DNA of 64,000 bases. Origin: Narcine bancroftii. Taxonomy: Eukaryota. The notes below the pieces were generated by a model. It did not search any database and was not told the origin of the DNA. It was given only the letters and a program-made list of their open reading frames with translations. This document shows, piece by piece, positions 51,786 to 62,674 of the stretch; position 1 is the first letter of the stretch; each line of letters opens with the position of its first letter. The translations under genes and the position numbers were made by a program. The stretch lies in assembly GCF_036971445.1 (NCBI RefSeq), contig NC_091472.1:175646001-175710000 (forward strand), written 5' to 3'.

Positions 51786-51801
51786 GGCACTTTTGGAAAC
51801 T

Positions 51802-52484
51802 GCAGTAAAATCCCTGTCATCGGGAATTCAAGCAACCGGCAGCCTTATGCAACTGCTAGAAAAATTGAGGAAATAAATGATTGCAATAAATAAGAATATA
51901 TAACAATGTAAATAAAAGTTTAAAATAGTTGAAGTAAATACTCTCTGAAGAACAACATAAATCTTTGGTGAAGATGGGAGCAAATTTTCATCCAGCAGAG
52001 TGCCTTCGTCATGTTTTGCTTGCATGTTCGAATAAGGTCTTTGAACAAAGTTGTGTATCAATAAAATGGCGTCACCCAAGATGAAGAGCTCGTTGATGCC
52101 ACTTACTGTTGGCTGCCTGCTTAGTAAGAGGCATGCCTCATACATAGTAAGAGTCTTTATCTTTATTGGTATATTAGTAAAGCTTTATCTGTGAACTTGA
52201 GAGGGAGGGCTTTAATTATCTAAAATGTTACCGTTAGTCTTTCGGGCAGCTCCGTGAAGTTGCAGTGACGGTTAAGTGTTTTCAAAGAATGTGATTGAAA
52301 ATAAAGTAACATTTTTTGTTTATATATTCATACAAGTCCAGTTTGTTCAGTATAGTATTTTTTTTCTTTTAAACTGTTTATTCTTAATGCAGGTGCATTA
52401 GTTATTCATTTTAAGAGTGAGTCTCAAGTAGCCGGAAAATGAGCATATCCGGCATCTGCTAATCCCCATAGGTGGCAGATACTG
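51802..52484. mobile_element. TcMar/Tigger-like non-autonomous element
   Basis: cagta...tactg termini with TA on the right side; subterminal ccgg-containing repeats. Confidence 0.45.
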
Positions 52485-52544
52485 TATACCTATGGGATAT
52501 CCTAAGGGATATCAGGTACTGCATACATCACCCAATTATATTGT

Positions 52545-52970
52545 TTTCAGAGGAGCAACAAGGACATCCCAGGTAAGACTCTGCCCACCATTGAGAACAT
52601 CTATAGGGAATGTTGCTGTCGGAAAGCAGAATCACCAAGGATCCACTCCAACTGGCACACACTCTGATCTCACTCCTACCATTAGGAAAGAGCTCATTAG
52701 GTGCCACAAACATGCACCAGGTTCAGGAACAGTTGCTACCTCCCCACTATCAGTCTCCTCAACAACAAACTCAATCAGGGACTCATTTTTTCACTTTATT
52801 GAATTTTTTCCTCTCTCTGCATTGCAGAGTCAGTTTGTTTACATTACGTGTGTACATTGAGTCCATTTTTTATTGCACTGCCAACAAGTGGTAACTCTGC
52901 CTTGCTCGCAGGAAAAAGAATCTCAGGGTTGTATATGATGTCATGTATGTGCTCAAACAATAAACCTGAA
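52545..52970 (+). mobile_element. Rex1/Babar LINE 3' end
   Basis: ITKDPLQLAHTLISLLPLGK matches the C-terminus at 43270-43400; aataaacctgaa end. Confidence 0.7.
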
Positions 52971-53054
52971 TAGGATTGAGATTCAACATCTTCAAGTTCT
53001 GAGCCTAAGTTACACTCGCACAATGAAGCTTAAAGCTGAAGCCTGACAATAAGC

Positions 53055-53152
53055 AATTCCTGATGAAGGGAGTCGGCCCAAAATCTGGACTATCTTTTTC
53101 CTTCCACATAGGATATCTGAACTGCGGAGTTCCCCCAGCATTTTGTGTGTTT
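53055..53152 (+). mobile_element. PLE pLTR remnant with a hammerhead-like motif
   Basis: cctgatgaagggagtcggcccaaaa...ctgcggagttcccccagcattttgtgtg. Confidence 0.7.
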
Positions 53153-56100
53153 CTGATAATGAGCCCCTTTGCTTTTTCAGAAATCAAAATGAATGGCAGA
53201 TAAATGGAGGTTTAGGAAATGTAAATGAGATTGAAACGTTCTAAGGAATCAAAGCAGATGATATTCCCTCTGAAAAATGCAACAAATGGTGAGCTTTTTC
53301 TTTATAAAAGGTTTATAAATTTACAGAGAAATTCCCAACCATTAAATGAATATCTCGTGTGGTTTATAAATGAAAGAAGACGAATCTCAGTTTTCTTAAT
53401 GGAATGATCTGACCTGTAGTTTAAACCTATTTTAGAATAAAATTCGTGATCTCATCTTGGAAACCGTTCAGAGTAGCATATTTGAAATTACCATATGGTT
53501 TGATTTGCATTCCATGAACTGCTTTAATATTTAAAATGAGAATTAATTGTATTTCTCTTGATTTCCTTCAGTCCGTCAACAAGAATATGCATCATTTATT
53601 CTGTGTGCATGTTTGGACCATTGGCATATTGAGAGCTTTCGTGTAACTGAAGAGAATGAGAAGCAAATCCCCTGATAATGGTGCTGAAATCATTCATTGC
53701 CCATTGTATTTGACAGATAAAACATAATAAGTAAATTTGAGGATACGAGTCAACGCTCTTGGATGGATGAAATCCTTTAGAAAGGTATGGGAGGATTGGG
53801 ATATTAGAGTTCACAAAGTGATAACCAACCACAAATGTGACCAACATAGTCTCACATGAAGTTGACCTGGCCACTGAATTTGGGCATGGCTTCCTCGAAA
53901 ACCAACATACATTAACTTATGAGCAGAAGTAAGAGACAACTGAGGGTCTAACCATGAGCACCAACAAGGCACAAAGTACAAGCAATAGACAGAACTGAAC
54001 TGTATCCTATTAAACTAAATGGAGTTGATCTTCCCACTTTCAGCATGAAACCTGCACACAAAATTGGAAATATATTGTTACGACCAGCTTGCTCCCACTC
54101 ACAACCTCCCAAGCAGAGGACAACCCCAGGACTGATTGACAGGCCCCTGCATAGCACCATAAGTAGCCAGCTTTGCCCCAGAGTGTTATTGGCAGCTGAT
54201 GTAGCACTCTTCCTCCCAGGCTCATTGGCTCTCAAACCAGTAGTCCACCATTTACATGGACAAGGACATGATCGTGTTTGTTTTCCCTATCTATCATTTA
54301 AACATTTTGAGCAAAAATGCCTGGTATGTAATGTTTGTTATTGCATTAACAAGATAACTACCAAGAGTAATGTTAAGCAAACTGTTTACTTTGTACAAAC
54401 AGGAGAGGGAGCTTCTTACATGGTGTAAATCCTGTTTTTTTTAACCGCTGTCCCTTCATGGAGCTCGCAGGTGTACAGAGTACTGTTGCAAGTACGGCAG
54501 TGCTGATGGCAGTGGCTGTCTACGTTCCCTTTCTTGAGCAACCCTGCCACATACTGTGATTCAAGCTAATGTTCTACATTACATTCAAGTCACCAAGCAG
54601 CCAACCCAATTCAGTCTCTATACTTGAGTTGGGTTTACAGCTATGCCCAAAGCGTGTCCTGTAGTAGCTCTCTGTGGATGTGGAGGCTTGGGGTGCCTCA
54701 GTCTGGGAGTATTGTCCATGAGCTGTTTTGCACTTCTTACAGCTCTCTCAGCCAACCCATTTGACTGTGGATATTTTGGGCTGCTGGATATCTGGGTTAA
54801 GTCCCACACTGCTCAAAGTCTCTGAATCTTTCATTGATGAATTGTCTGGCATGGTATGATAGCAGAGAGTGAGGTGCCCCATGAATTGAAAAGTGTCTTC
54901 TTAGCTTGGTTACGACCGTTGAGGAGGTAGCATCGCATAACAGGTTTATTTCAAACTATCCCGAGTACAAATCGATTGGTACCAAGTATTGCTGACTTTG
55001 CCATTGGAAAATGTCCATTGCCACGTTGACCAGGGTAGGTCTGGGACCTTCTGCTGGTGTGGTTTGGTACTGTTGCACACTGAGTAAGCTTGCACTTAAT
55101 CAATGTTTTCAGACATTCCATTATGTCTCTCTCCTTTTGTTTTGTTGCCTTTGCACCCAGATGCCCTCTGTGAAGAATGCCAATGTATATATTTTGCAGT
55201 GAACTCAGGATTACCGCTTTCTGGCCTTTCGTTACAATTCCTTCATCGATAAGTAGCTTGTCATGGAGTGGGAAGTAGGTTTACACTTCTGGGGGAAGGC
55301 TGCACTGCTTGTCTGGACAACCACCCCTGATAAAAGTACCTAGGGTCCTTAAAGAGGCGCCTTCAGCAGTGTGTCTTCTTAGTTCCTCCAACCGGGACGA
55401 GGAATGCACATGACCGTCATTTCATCAACCTGTTGGGCCGTGCATTTTCTGGGGACACGGGATAACGTGCTGGCTAGGTGCATCTCTGTTCCACACTTCT
55501 ATGCCAAAGTGATGTTGTACTTCTGAAGTCTGAGCATCATTCTTTGCAATCTCGTTGGTGATGCGTGTATCAGCTTCATCAATATCGTGACCAGGGTAGG
55601 TGGTTGATCTACCATAGACATAGTCGTTGAACTTGAAACAGGCAAAAACTATTGCCAATAACTCCTTTTCGATCTGCACATACCTGGTTTCCATGTGACT
55701 AAGTGACCTGTCTTGCGGTCATGCTGCACCTAAGGCCATACTGTGATGCACCACAGGTCAGCAGCACTGGTCTTTGTACGTCGTAGAGCCACAAAACTGG
55801 TGGGCATAACATGTGCCTCTTTAAAGCATCGAATGCGTTCTGTTGCTTCTCGTGCCATATCCACACCACATCTTTGTGTCAGCTTTTAGGTGGAGCTATG
55901 AGTTCGCTTGAGTTTGGGATGAACTTGCCAGGGTAGTTAACCATACCAAGGAATCTTTGTAGGGCTGTCACGTCCGCCGGCTCCGGCATCTTGCTGATTG
56001 CCATGGTTTTTGAGGGGTCTGCCTTCAGACCTCTGCTAGTAAATGCATGGCCTACGTAGCTGACCTGACTCAGTCGGAATTTGCAAGTCCGGGGGTTGAG

Positions 56101-57534
56101 CCTAAGATTCACTTTCCTGGCTCAGTCAAGTATCTTCTTTAAACTTGCTTTGTGTTCCTCTAAATTCTTACCACCCACGACTATATCATCGACTATGCTG
56201 GCACAGGGGTACCTGGCAAAAATTTGCTCCATGGATCTCTGGAATACCTTGCTGGGCGAATTGATTCCAAATGGCATCTGCAGACCAAACCCAGTGCTGA
56301 ATGTTGTCAATAGTGATGATTTGTAGTCAAGCTTGATCTGCCATGTTCAGAACCGAGAACACAGTTGCGCCGGCATTTGCACGGTCACTTCCTCCGTGGT
56401 GCACATCAGTTGGTGCAGTCTCTTCAGGGCTGTATTGAGGTCTCGTAGGTTTGTACATGTCTTTCTTTTCGGCATCCACCATGGAGGACACCCATTCAGT
56501 CAGCTTGGAGACCGCAGTAATCACACCAGCTCGGCCTTGACCTTGTCTTTCATTGCCATTGGTTCACAGTGCGCCGGACCAACCATGGGTCTCACTTCTG
56601 GGTCAAGCCGCATGGAGTACATTACTGGCAACTTCCTCATCTTGTCTGTGAAAAGATTGCTGTATTTTGAAAAATTTCTCTGGGACAAATCATCTTCGGA
56701 GGGGCTTATGTGATCCACTTCTCTGCTAAACAGGACAAGTCTCATGTCCATGCATGTGCTCTGGCCCAACAGAGGCATGACATCTTCATGGACTATGAAT
56801 AACATTAGTACGTGTAACTGTCCCTGTATGTAGACCACAGCCGCACCGTACCATTGGTTCTGATCCTGCTGCCTCCATACGCCACTAGACTCATTGACCT
56901 GATGCATGGCTTGCTCTGTTCCATTTACCTTAGCTAACTGAATGTTTTCTGTGACATGATGTTGCACTTTGCTCCTGTGTCGACCTTCATTTCTGCTATC
57001 TTGCCATTGACTTTCATAGTCATGAAGGTTTTGTTGCTTCCTCTGATTTACATTTCCGCTGAGTTCCCTGTGCCATCCACAGAGTCAGACCGTCGACATG
57101 TTACTCATCATCTGAGTTGCTTCCCCCTTACTCCGGCTCCAGCTGGTTGATCATCCTCCTTGATCTGGGTCTAGCATTGGTTTGCTGCCTGACTCTGCAC
57201 CATCTGCTGAAATGGTTCCATTTTCTGCAGGTTCTACACTACTGGCTGAACACTGGGCACATTTATTGTCTTTCCACGTGGTGGCTTCTGCAGTTGCTGC
57301 ACTCTTCCCTCGACGAGGATGTGGCATGGGCTGGCTGGCTTTTCCTCCTGACCTCCAGCCATTGTCTGTTCGCAGGTCCCACCTTGACTGCATCAATGCC
57401 TCTGGTATGTGGCTGTGGAGGGGCTAGCTCCCTGCTATTCTCCTCTGTGGTTTCTTAAGCCAAATAGGTAGAGATGGCCTTTGCTAGTGTTAAGTCGAGG
57501 TTGTGCAGAAGTGCCTTCCTCATACTATTGTCAC

Positions 57535-57783
57535 TGTAATGCAATCAATAACCACAAGCAGTCTTGAAGTGAGTGATTAAAGGCTTTAATAACCTGAAAC
57601 GTCAGGCATGTCTTTTCAGGCTGCTGGCCTGGATCCAATGCTGGTATTGAGGGAGGAATCTAGGGCTATCAGCCTTTATTGGGAATCTTCTGGAGAGGAG
57701 TTAGAGAGGAGTTACAGGGTCAGCAGTAGGCCAGCCTGAACAGTGAGGTGAGGTCACCTCCTGACCTACCTTGTTCCACCACA
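57535..57783. mobile_element. Solo LTR, 249 bp, inserted in gag
   Basis: TG...CA; TSD gtcac/gtcat; removing it restores ICGIHD|NSMRKALL. Confidence 0.8.
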
Positions 57784-58315
57784 GTCATGAATGCCACAGA
57801 TCATCCTACCTTTAATGAATTCTTCACAGAGCATTCCAAAGTTAGAGGTCTTTGTCCTGATTTTCTAATTGCTCATGTACGTTAATTGATTCACCGGACT
57901 TTTGGTCTATAGTGTTAAATGTGTGTCTTTCCTTTATGTTTCTCTGTGGGTTGCACATTTCCCTGAAATTTTTGTTTTAAATACTTGGGGTCCTCCTTCA
58001 ACTCAGCCAGACTGGTAGCGAGTTCCTCTTTATGCACTTCGTTTGCATACACGAATGACCTCTCCCTTTCAATGGCTTGCAGCCCTCCAAATTCAATAGA
58101 ATATACACTATGGTGCGGGTAGGCTCGTCACTGTGTGCTGCTGCAATAAGTATGTCCTACTCTTGTTCAAAAATATGCCAGTTCTCTGCTACATTGCCCT
58201 TGAACACAAGTGGGTCGGGCCATCTAAATCCATCCGCCATTATGGTGACTGCTGCAACGTGGTGTTGGTTACTCACCTTTGGTTGGTTGGAAGGCCTCAG
58301 GCTTGGATGCTCGTG

Positions 58316-58333
58316 ATCCCACTTCTGACACCA
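58316..58333 (-). promoter_or_regulatory. Primer-binding site complementary to the tRNA-Leu 3' end
   Basis: TGGTGTCAGAAGTGGGAT directly after the 5' LTR; complement of ...ATCCCACTTCTGACACCA. Confidence 0.85.
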
Positions 58334-58429
58334 TGTTTGTTATTGAGTGCTGAATAACAAGACGACTACTGAGAGTAACGTTAAGCAAACCATTTATTTT
58401 GTACACACAGGAGAGGGACCTTCTTACAT

Positions 58430-58862
58430 TATGATAGTACAGATCTATCACCAATGTATATAGTGTATATAGTTACAGTATCTAGACTGTGCTTACAGCG
58501 ATTGGCTGAGAGCTTAGCCACGCCTACTGTCTGGGCCTTAAAGGGTTGTGTCCCTAGCCAGGTCGGATCATTCCGGACTGGTCGGCCACCTATGAAGAGC
58601 TCCTGTCTTTTGCTAATAAAAGCCTTGGATTGGATCAACAAGTCTTTGATTCTTTCGACGAGCTCTACAATTTTATTAGCAAAAAGACAGGAGCTCTTCA
58701 CAGGTGGCCGACCAGTCCGGAATGATCCGACCTGGCTAGGGACACAACCCTTTAAGGCCCAGACAGTAGGCTAAGCTCTCAGCCAATCGCTGTAAGCACA
58801 GTCTAGATACTGTAACTATATACATTGGTGATAGATCTGTACTATCGCATTCACCCCTTCCT
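58430..58862. mobile_element. Fold-back LTR insertion: full LTR + inverted U3/R + PPT
   Basis: LTR 58430-58669; 58671-58849 is the reverse complement of 58430-58621; 58850-58862 is identical to the PPT at 30837-30849. Confidence 0.9.
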
Positions 58863-59690
58863 GGAGAACAAAGCCTGTTTTTTCTTTTCACCGCCGCACC
58901 TTTGTGGAGTTTGCACATGCCCAGAGCATACGGTAACTGCAACGCAATTGCAACGGGTGCAGAGCAGCAGATGGCAATGGCTGTCTACATGCAAGAAACT
59001 CTGCCAATTCACATCACAAAATATGATGAATAACTTTGGAATTCAATGACTTTTTTTTTAAAATGCAGCCAACTTTTAACTCCCAGTGAAATGAGAGGCT
59101 CGTGGTAGTGCAAAGCAGAAGGTAATCTCTTTGATTTTTTTTCAGTTTAATTGGGGAAGTTGCTGATTCAAAATACTGAACAGTTGTGAATAAAGATGGT
59201 TGTTCCAAAAGATATTACGGAAGAGTTAAACTGCACCATTTTATTTCAGTGAAGTGTGCAAATGCCAAAGTGCTTGCTTTGGATGCTTTTTAATTGCAAT
59301 TAAATGCCATTGTGATTATTCTGAATCTGCTTAGCATATTAGTAAATCAAAAATCAACCTTACATGGTTTCTCCCTGTTTCAATTATTCTGAACTCTAAT
59401 CAAGGGGCTGCAGGAGGTGAGATAGCAGGTGACATACTTGAGATTTCGCTTCTGAGTTGCAGGGAACAATTTAAACATAGTTTGGCTTAACCTTTTGATG
59501 CTTTGCTTTCAATTGCACAGAATGATGATGTGTGCACATTCATCAAGAGCATGGTCATGGGTAATTACTAGGAAGATGACTCCTTGACTGTCTGAGACCA
59601 GCTGGTAAATATGGGGGAGCAAAGCATTGCTCCACGTACAATCATATACTGTTGTGAAGCCATGCTTCTCAGGAAAAGAAGTCATTAGAC

Positions 59691-60498
59691 CACACGTGTC
59701 AAACTCAGGCCCGCGGGCAAAATTTGGACCGTGATATAATTATATTTGGCCTGCAAGATCATATCAAATGTGTATTAGAGCTGGCCCGCTGGCCGCCGCG
59801 CCAGTATAGCGCATGCACAGCTAATACTACAAACCCCAGAATGCTTTGCAAATGCGTTGGCGCCGGCCCGTCAGCCCGCTAATCGCCCCCACCTCCTCTC
59901 TTTACTTTTATTAGCATCTGCGACCTGTCGCATAACTCACATGTAATAAACCCCTTACCAAAAATGGACAAACGAAAGACAGAAAACAGGACCTTTCAAG
60001 ACAGGTGGGAGGCAAACTCTGACCCCACAGTTTGATGAACTTGCATCTAAGAAGAGATGCCAAGTATCTGGTTTAGACCCAGGTGCATCAGAGTAAATCA
60101 CAGTGTAGCAAGCTAAGCATGGATTAATATTTTCTTTGGTTAACTTTGGACTGTTCATAGTTGAAAGATTGGATTTTCATTGAAGCAAGTTGTTATTTTC
60201 TTGACTTGTTGGCTTGTGAAAAAAAAATACATTTAAAAGGAGCTTAAAGGCTATTAAAGGCTAATATTATTTATTGAATATTTTATTTCTCATTTGTTAA
60301 TGCTTCTTCTGGAAAGAGTTTAACCAAAATTATTATTAAACATTTATTTTAATAAGAAAAAGTTTAACATTACATATGTTGAAAGAAGAGAAAACATGCA
60401 GATATTGTTGAAAATTTTCAATAAATATTTAGTTTGGCCGACGACTCAGTCCAAGTTTTTAATTTTGGCCCTCTGTGAATTTGAGTTTGACATCCCTG
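59691..60498 (+). mobile_element. hAT (Charlie/Buster-type) internal-deletion derivative
   Basis: 8-bp TSD cattagac at 59683-59690 and 60499-60506; TIR core tgtcaaactca; transposase N-terminus (KRKTENRTFQDRWE) fused to C-terminus (LTPQFDELASKKRCQVSG). Confidence 0.9.
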
Positions 60499-60809
60499 CA
60501 TTAGACTGTGAATAGGGAGGAAATTGCTGCTTCTCTCATTTTTCTTCCAGACGGTGTTTTAATGCACCTGTTCATCAGCTGAAATCCATGTCCTTAGTTT
60601 AATGACAATGTTGTACATCCTGTAGTATTTTGCAGTTGTATTTGCAGCTTAGTTTGGCTCACCCTGCAAGGCATCACCAAGGTTACAGAAATGCCTGAAA
60701 CACAGGGGGTTTCTTTAAGATCATGCTAAACGTTGACAATCAGGAAGGAGACACAATGCAGGCTAAAATTCAAAATTGGAAGCAGATCCATGAAAAATAA
60801 GCCAGTGTC

Positions 60810-61770
60810 TTTGGTTCATTGATTATTCAGGAATCTGATGACAGCGGGGAAGAAACTGTCCTTGTGCCGCTGAGTGCTCATCTTTAGGTTCATGAACCCT
60901 TTCCCCAATGGTAGCAGAGTGAAGAGGGCATGGCCTGGGTGGGGGTTCTTTGAGGATAGAGACTGATTTTTTAAAATACCATCTCAAGAAGATGTCCTCA
61001 ATGGAATGAAGACTGGTGCCTGTGATGTCGCAGGCGGGCTAACAACCCTCTGGAGTTTATTCTTGTCCTGAGAGTTGATGCCTCCATATCGGGCAGTGAT
61101 GCAACCAGCCAGGATGCTCTCCACCTGTAGAAGATTTCAAGAGTCTTCGGTGAAATATCAAATCTCCTCAAACACCTCAAAAGTATAGTGATTGCCAAGT
61201 CTCCTTTGTGATGGCATCAACATGGAGGCTCGTGGACAGATCCTTGGAGATGCTGACACCCTGGAATTTGAAGATCTTGATCCTCTCTACCACTGAGTCC
61301 TCAATGAGGTCTGGGTTGTGTTCCCCTGACTTCCTCCTGAAGTCCACAATCATCTCCTTGGTTTACATCATTCAACGAGCCGATTTATCTCCCTCCTGTA
61401 TGCTTCCTCATTACCATTGGTGACTTTTCCGACAAGTGTGGTGTCATCAGCAAAGTTGTAGATGGCATTGGAATTATGCCTGGCCACACAGACATGGGTG
61501 TATAATGAGTAGAGCAGTGGGCTAAGCATGCATCCTTGGGCTGCGTCTGTGTTGATGATCAGTGTGGAGGAGACGTTGTTTCCAATTCGTACTGACTGTG
61601 GTCTTCCAATGAGAAAGTCAAGGATCAAGTTGCAGAGGGGGATACAGAGGCCTAGAGTTTGTAGCATCTTGACCAGCACTGAGGGAATAATGGTATTGAA
61701 GACGGAATTGTAGTCGATGAAGAGCAGCTGAATATATGAAATTGCTGCTTTTGAGGTGATCCAGAACTGA
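60810..61770 (-). mobile_element. Rex1/Babar-clade LINE fragment
   Basis: LCNLILDFLIGRPQSVRIG...AQGCMLSPLLYSLYTH...FADDTTLVG. Confidence 0.88.
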
Positions 61771-61774
61771 GAAA

Positions 61775-62275
61775 ACTGCGCCTACAATTTTTTTATAATT
61801 AAATTTTGAAGACAGTACCTTTACTCTACACTGAAAAAACCATTGACTTACACAGATGAAAGCACACTGGGCATGAAGAACTTTTGAAGCATTGAACTAA
61901 AATTAATTGCTGGATGGTGAGGATGCTAAAGCAACAGGGTCAATTTCACTCTCTTCTGATGATGCTCGAGAACAGCTCGTAGAACGCACTGCATCATCAA
62001 CACTTGTTGAAGGCACTGGGGCAACAAAAGTTGATTTCTTCCTGAAGGAGACTACGCCTGTTAAACCATCAACAAGTGTCGATGGCAGCATCGTGTGAGA
62101 GTATGCTGTACGATACTCTTGCATGATGCTGCCATCGCCCAGCATCGCGAGAGAGTAGCGTACTGCATGTCGCAAGCGCAGGAACAGATCGGAATTCAAA
62201 ATTGTAAGTACGGATTCAAACCACTGTAACTTCAAAAAATTGTAAATCGGATAATCAGAAGTAGGGGAACACCTG
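61775..62275 (-). mobile_element. Tigger/pogo-like DNA transposon fragment
   Basis: Terminus gtaggggaacacctg|ta; low-complexity tail SFRKKST...PVPSTS resembling a pogo transposase C-terminus; subterminal palindrome. Confidence 0.5.
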
Positions 62276-62289
62276 TAGTTTAATGTTCT

Positions 62290-62660
62290 CTCTCTTCTGC
62301 TTTATTTTTAAACTGGAAGAGTTACATTTGTTGTTTTCCAATTGAATGGGACCTTCCCCAATCTAAGGAATTTGGAAAATTGTAACTAATGCATCAATTT
62401 TCTCATTTACCATTTCTTATCAGGCTTTAGGAGAAAGTCCACCAAGACCTGGAAACTTCCTGTTCACAGCTCCAATAATGAGATCCATACCACTTCGCTG
62501 ATTATGAATTTCCTGAGTTTCTTCCTTACTTACAATTTCTAAAGTACAGGTATTCTAAGGATGTTAACTGTACCCTCTGCAGCAAAAAAAATGTACAAAA
62601 TGGCTGTTTAATTCATCTGCCATCTCCTTACTTTCCATTATTAATGCACATACTCACTTT
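62290..62660 (-). mobile_element. Old CR1 fragment
   Basis: Reverse reading EMADELNSHF...AAEG and KSPG-like segment of CR1 ORF2. Confidence 0.5.
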
Positions 62661-62674
62661 CAATAGGATTTCTA

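Larger units (their letters stand above)
54332..58989 (-). mobile_element. Full-length decayed Ty3/Gypsy retrotransposon (Mag-like) with tRNA-Leu PBS
   Basis: LTRs 54332-54524 and 58334-58989 (the latter interrupted); TSD tgtaa/tgcaa; PPT aagaaagggaa; protease VDTGAK, RT IVDDIVV, LQRFLGMVNY, IEKELLAIVF, integrase PQSNGLAERAV. Confidence 0.92.

Noticed and set aside
58316-58333. tRNA-Leu gene
   Set aside because: Only the 18-nt 3' end including CCA, adjacent to an LTR, so it is a PBS.
58430-58849. Interpretation as a DIRS element or a MITE with long TIRs
   Set aside because: The same sequence occurs as a TG...CA solo LTR with a 5-bp TSD at 19109, and the inverted arm is followed by a Gypsy PPT.
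58430-58862. Interpretation as one LTR inserted into another in opposite orientation
   Set aside because: The missing approximately 48-bp U5 of the right copy is not present left of 58430 and no TSD supports nesting.
61903-62235. 110-aa ORF as a host exon
   Set aside because: Lies within a Tigger-like remnant and is partly built from a palindrome.
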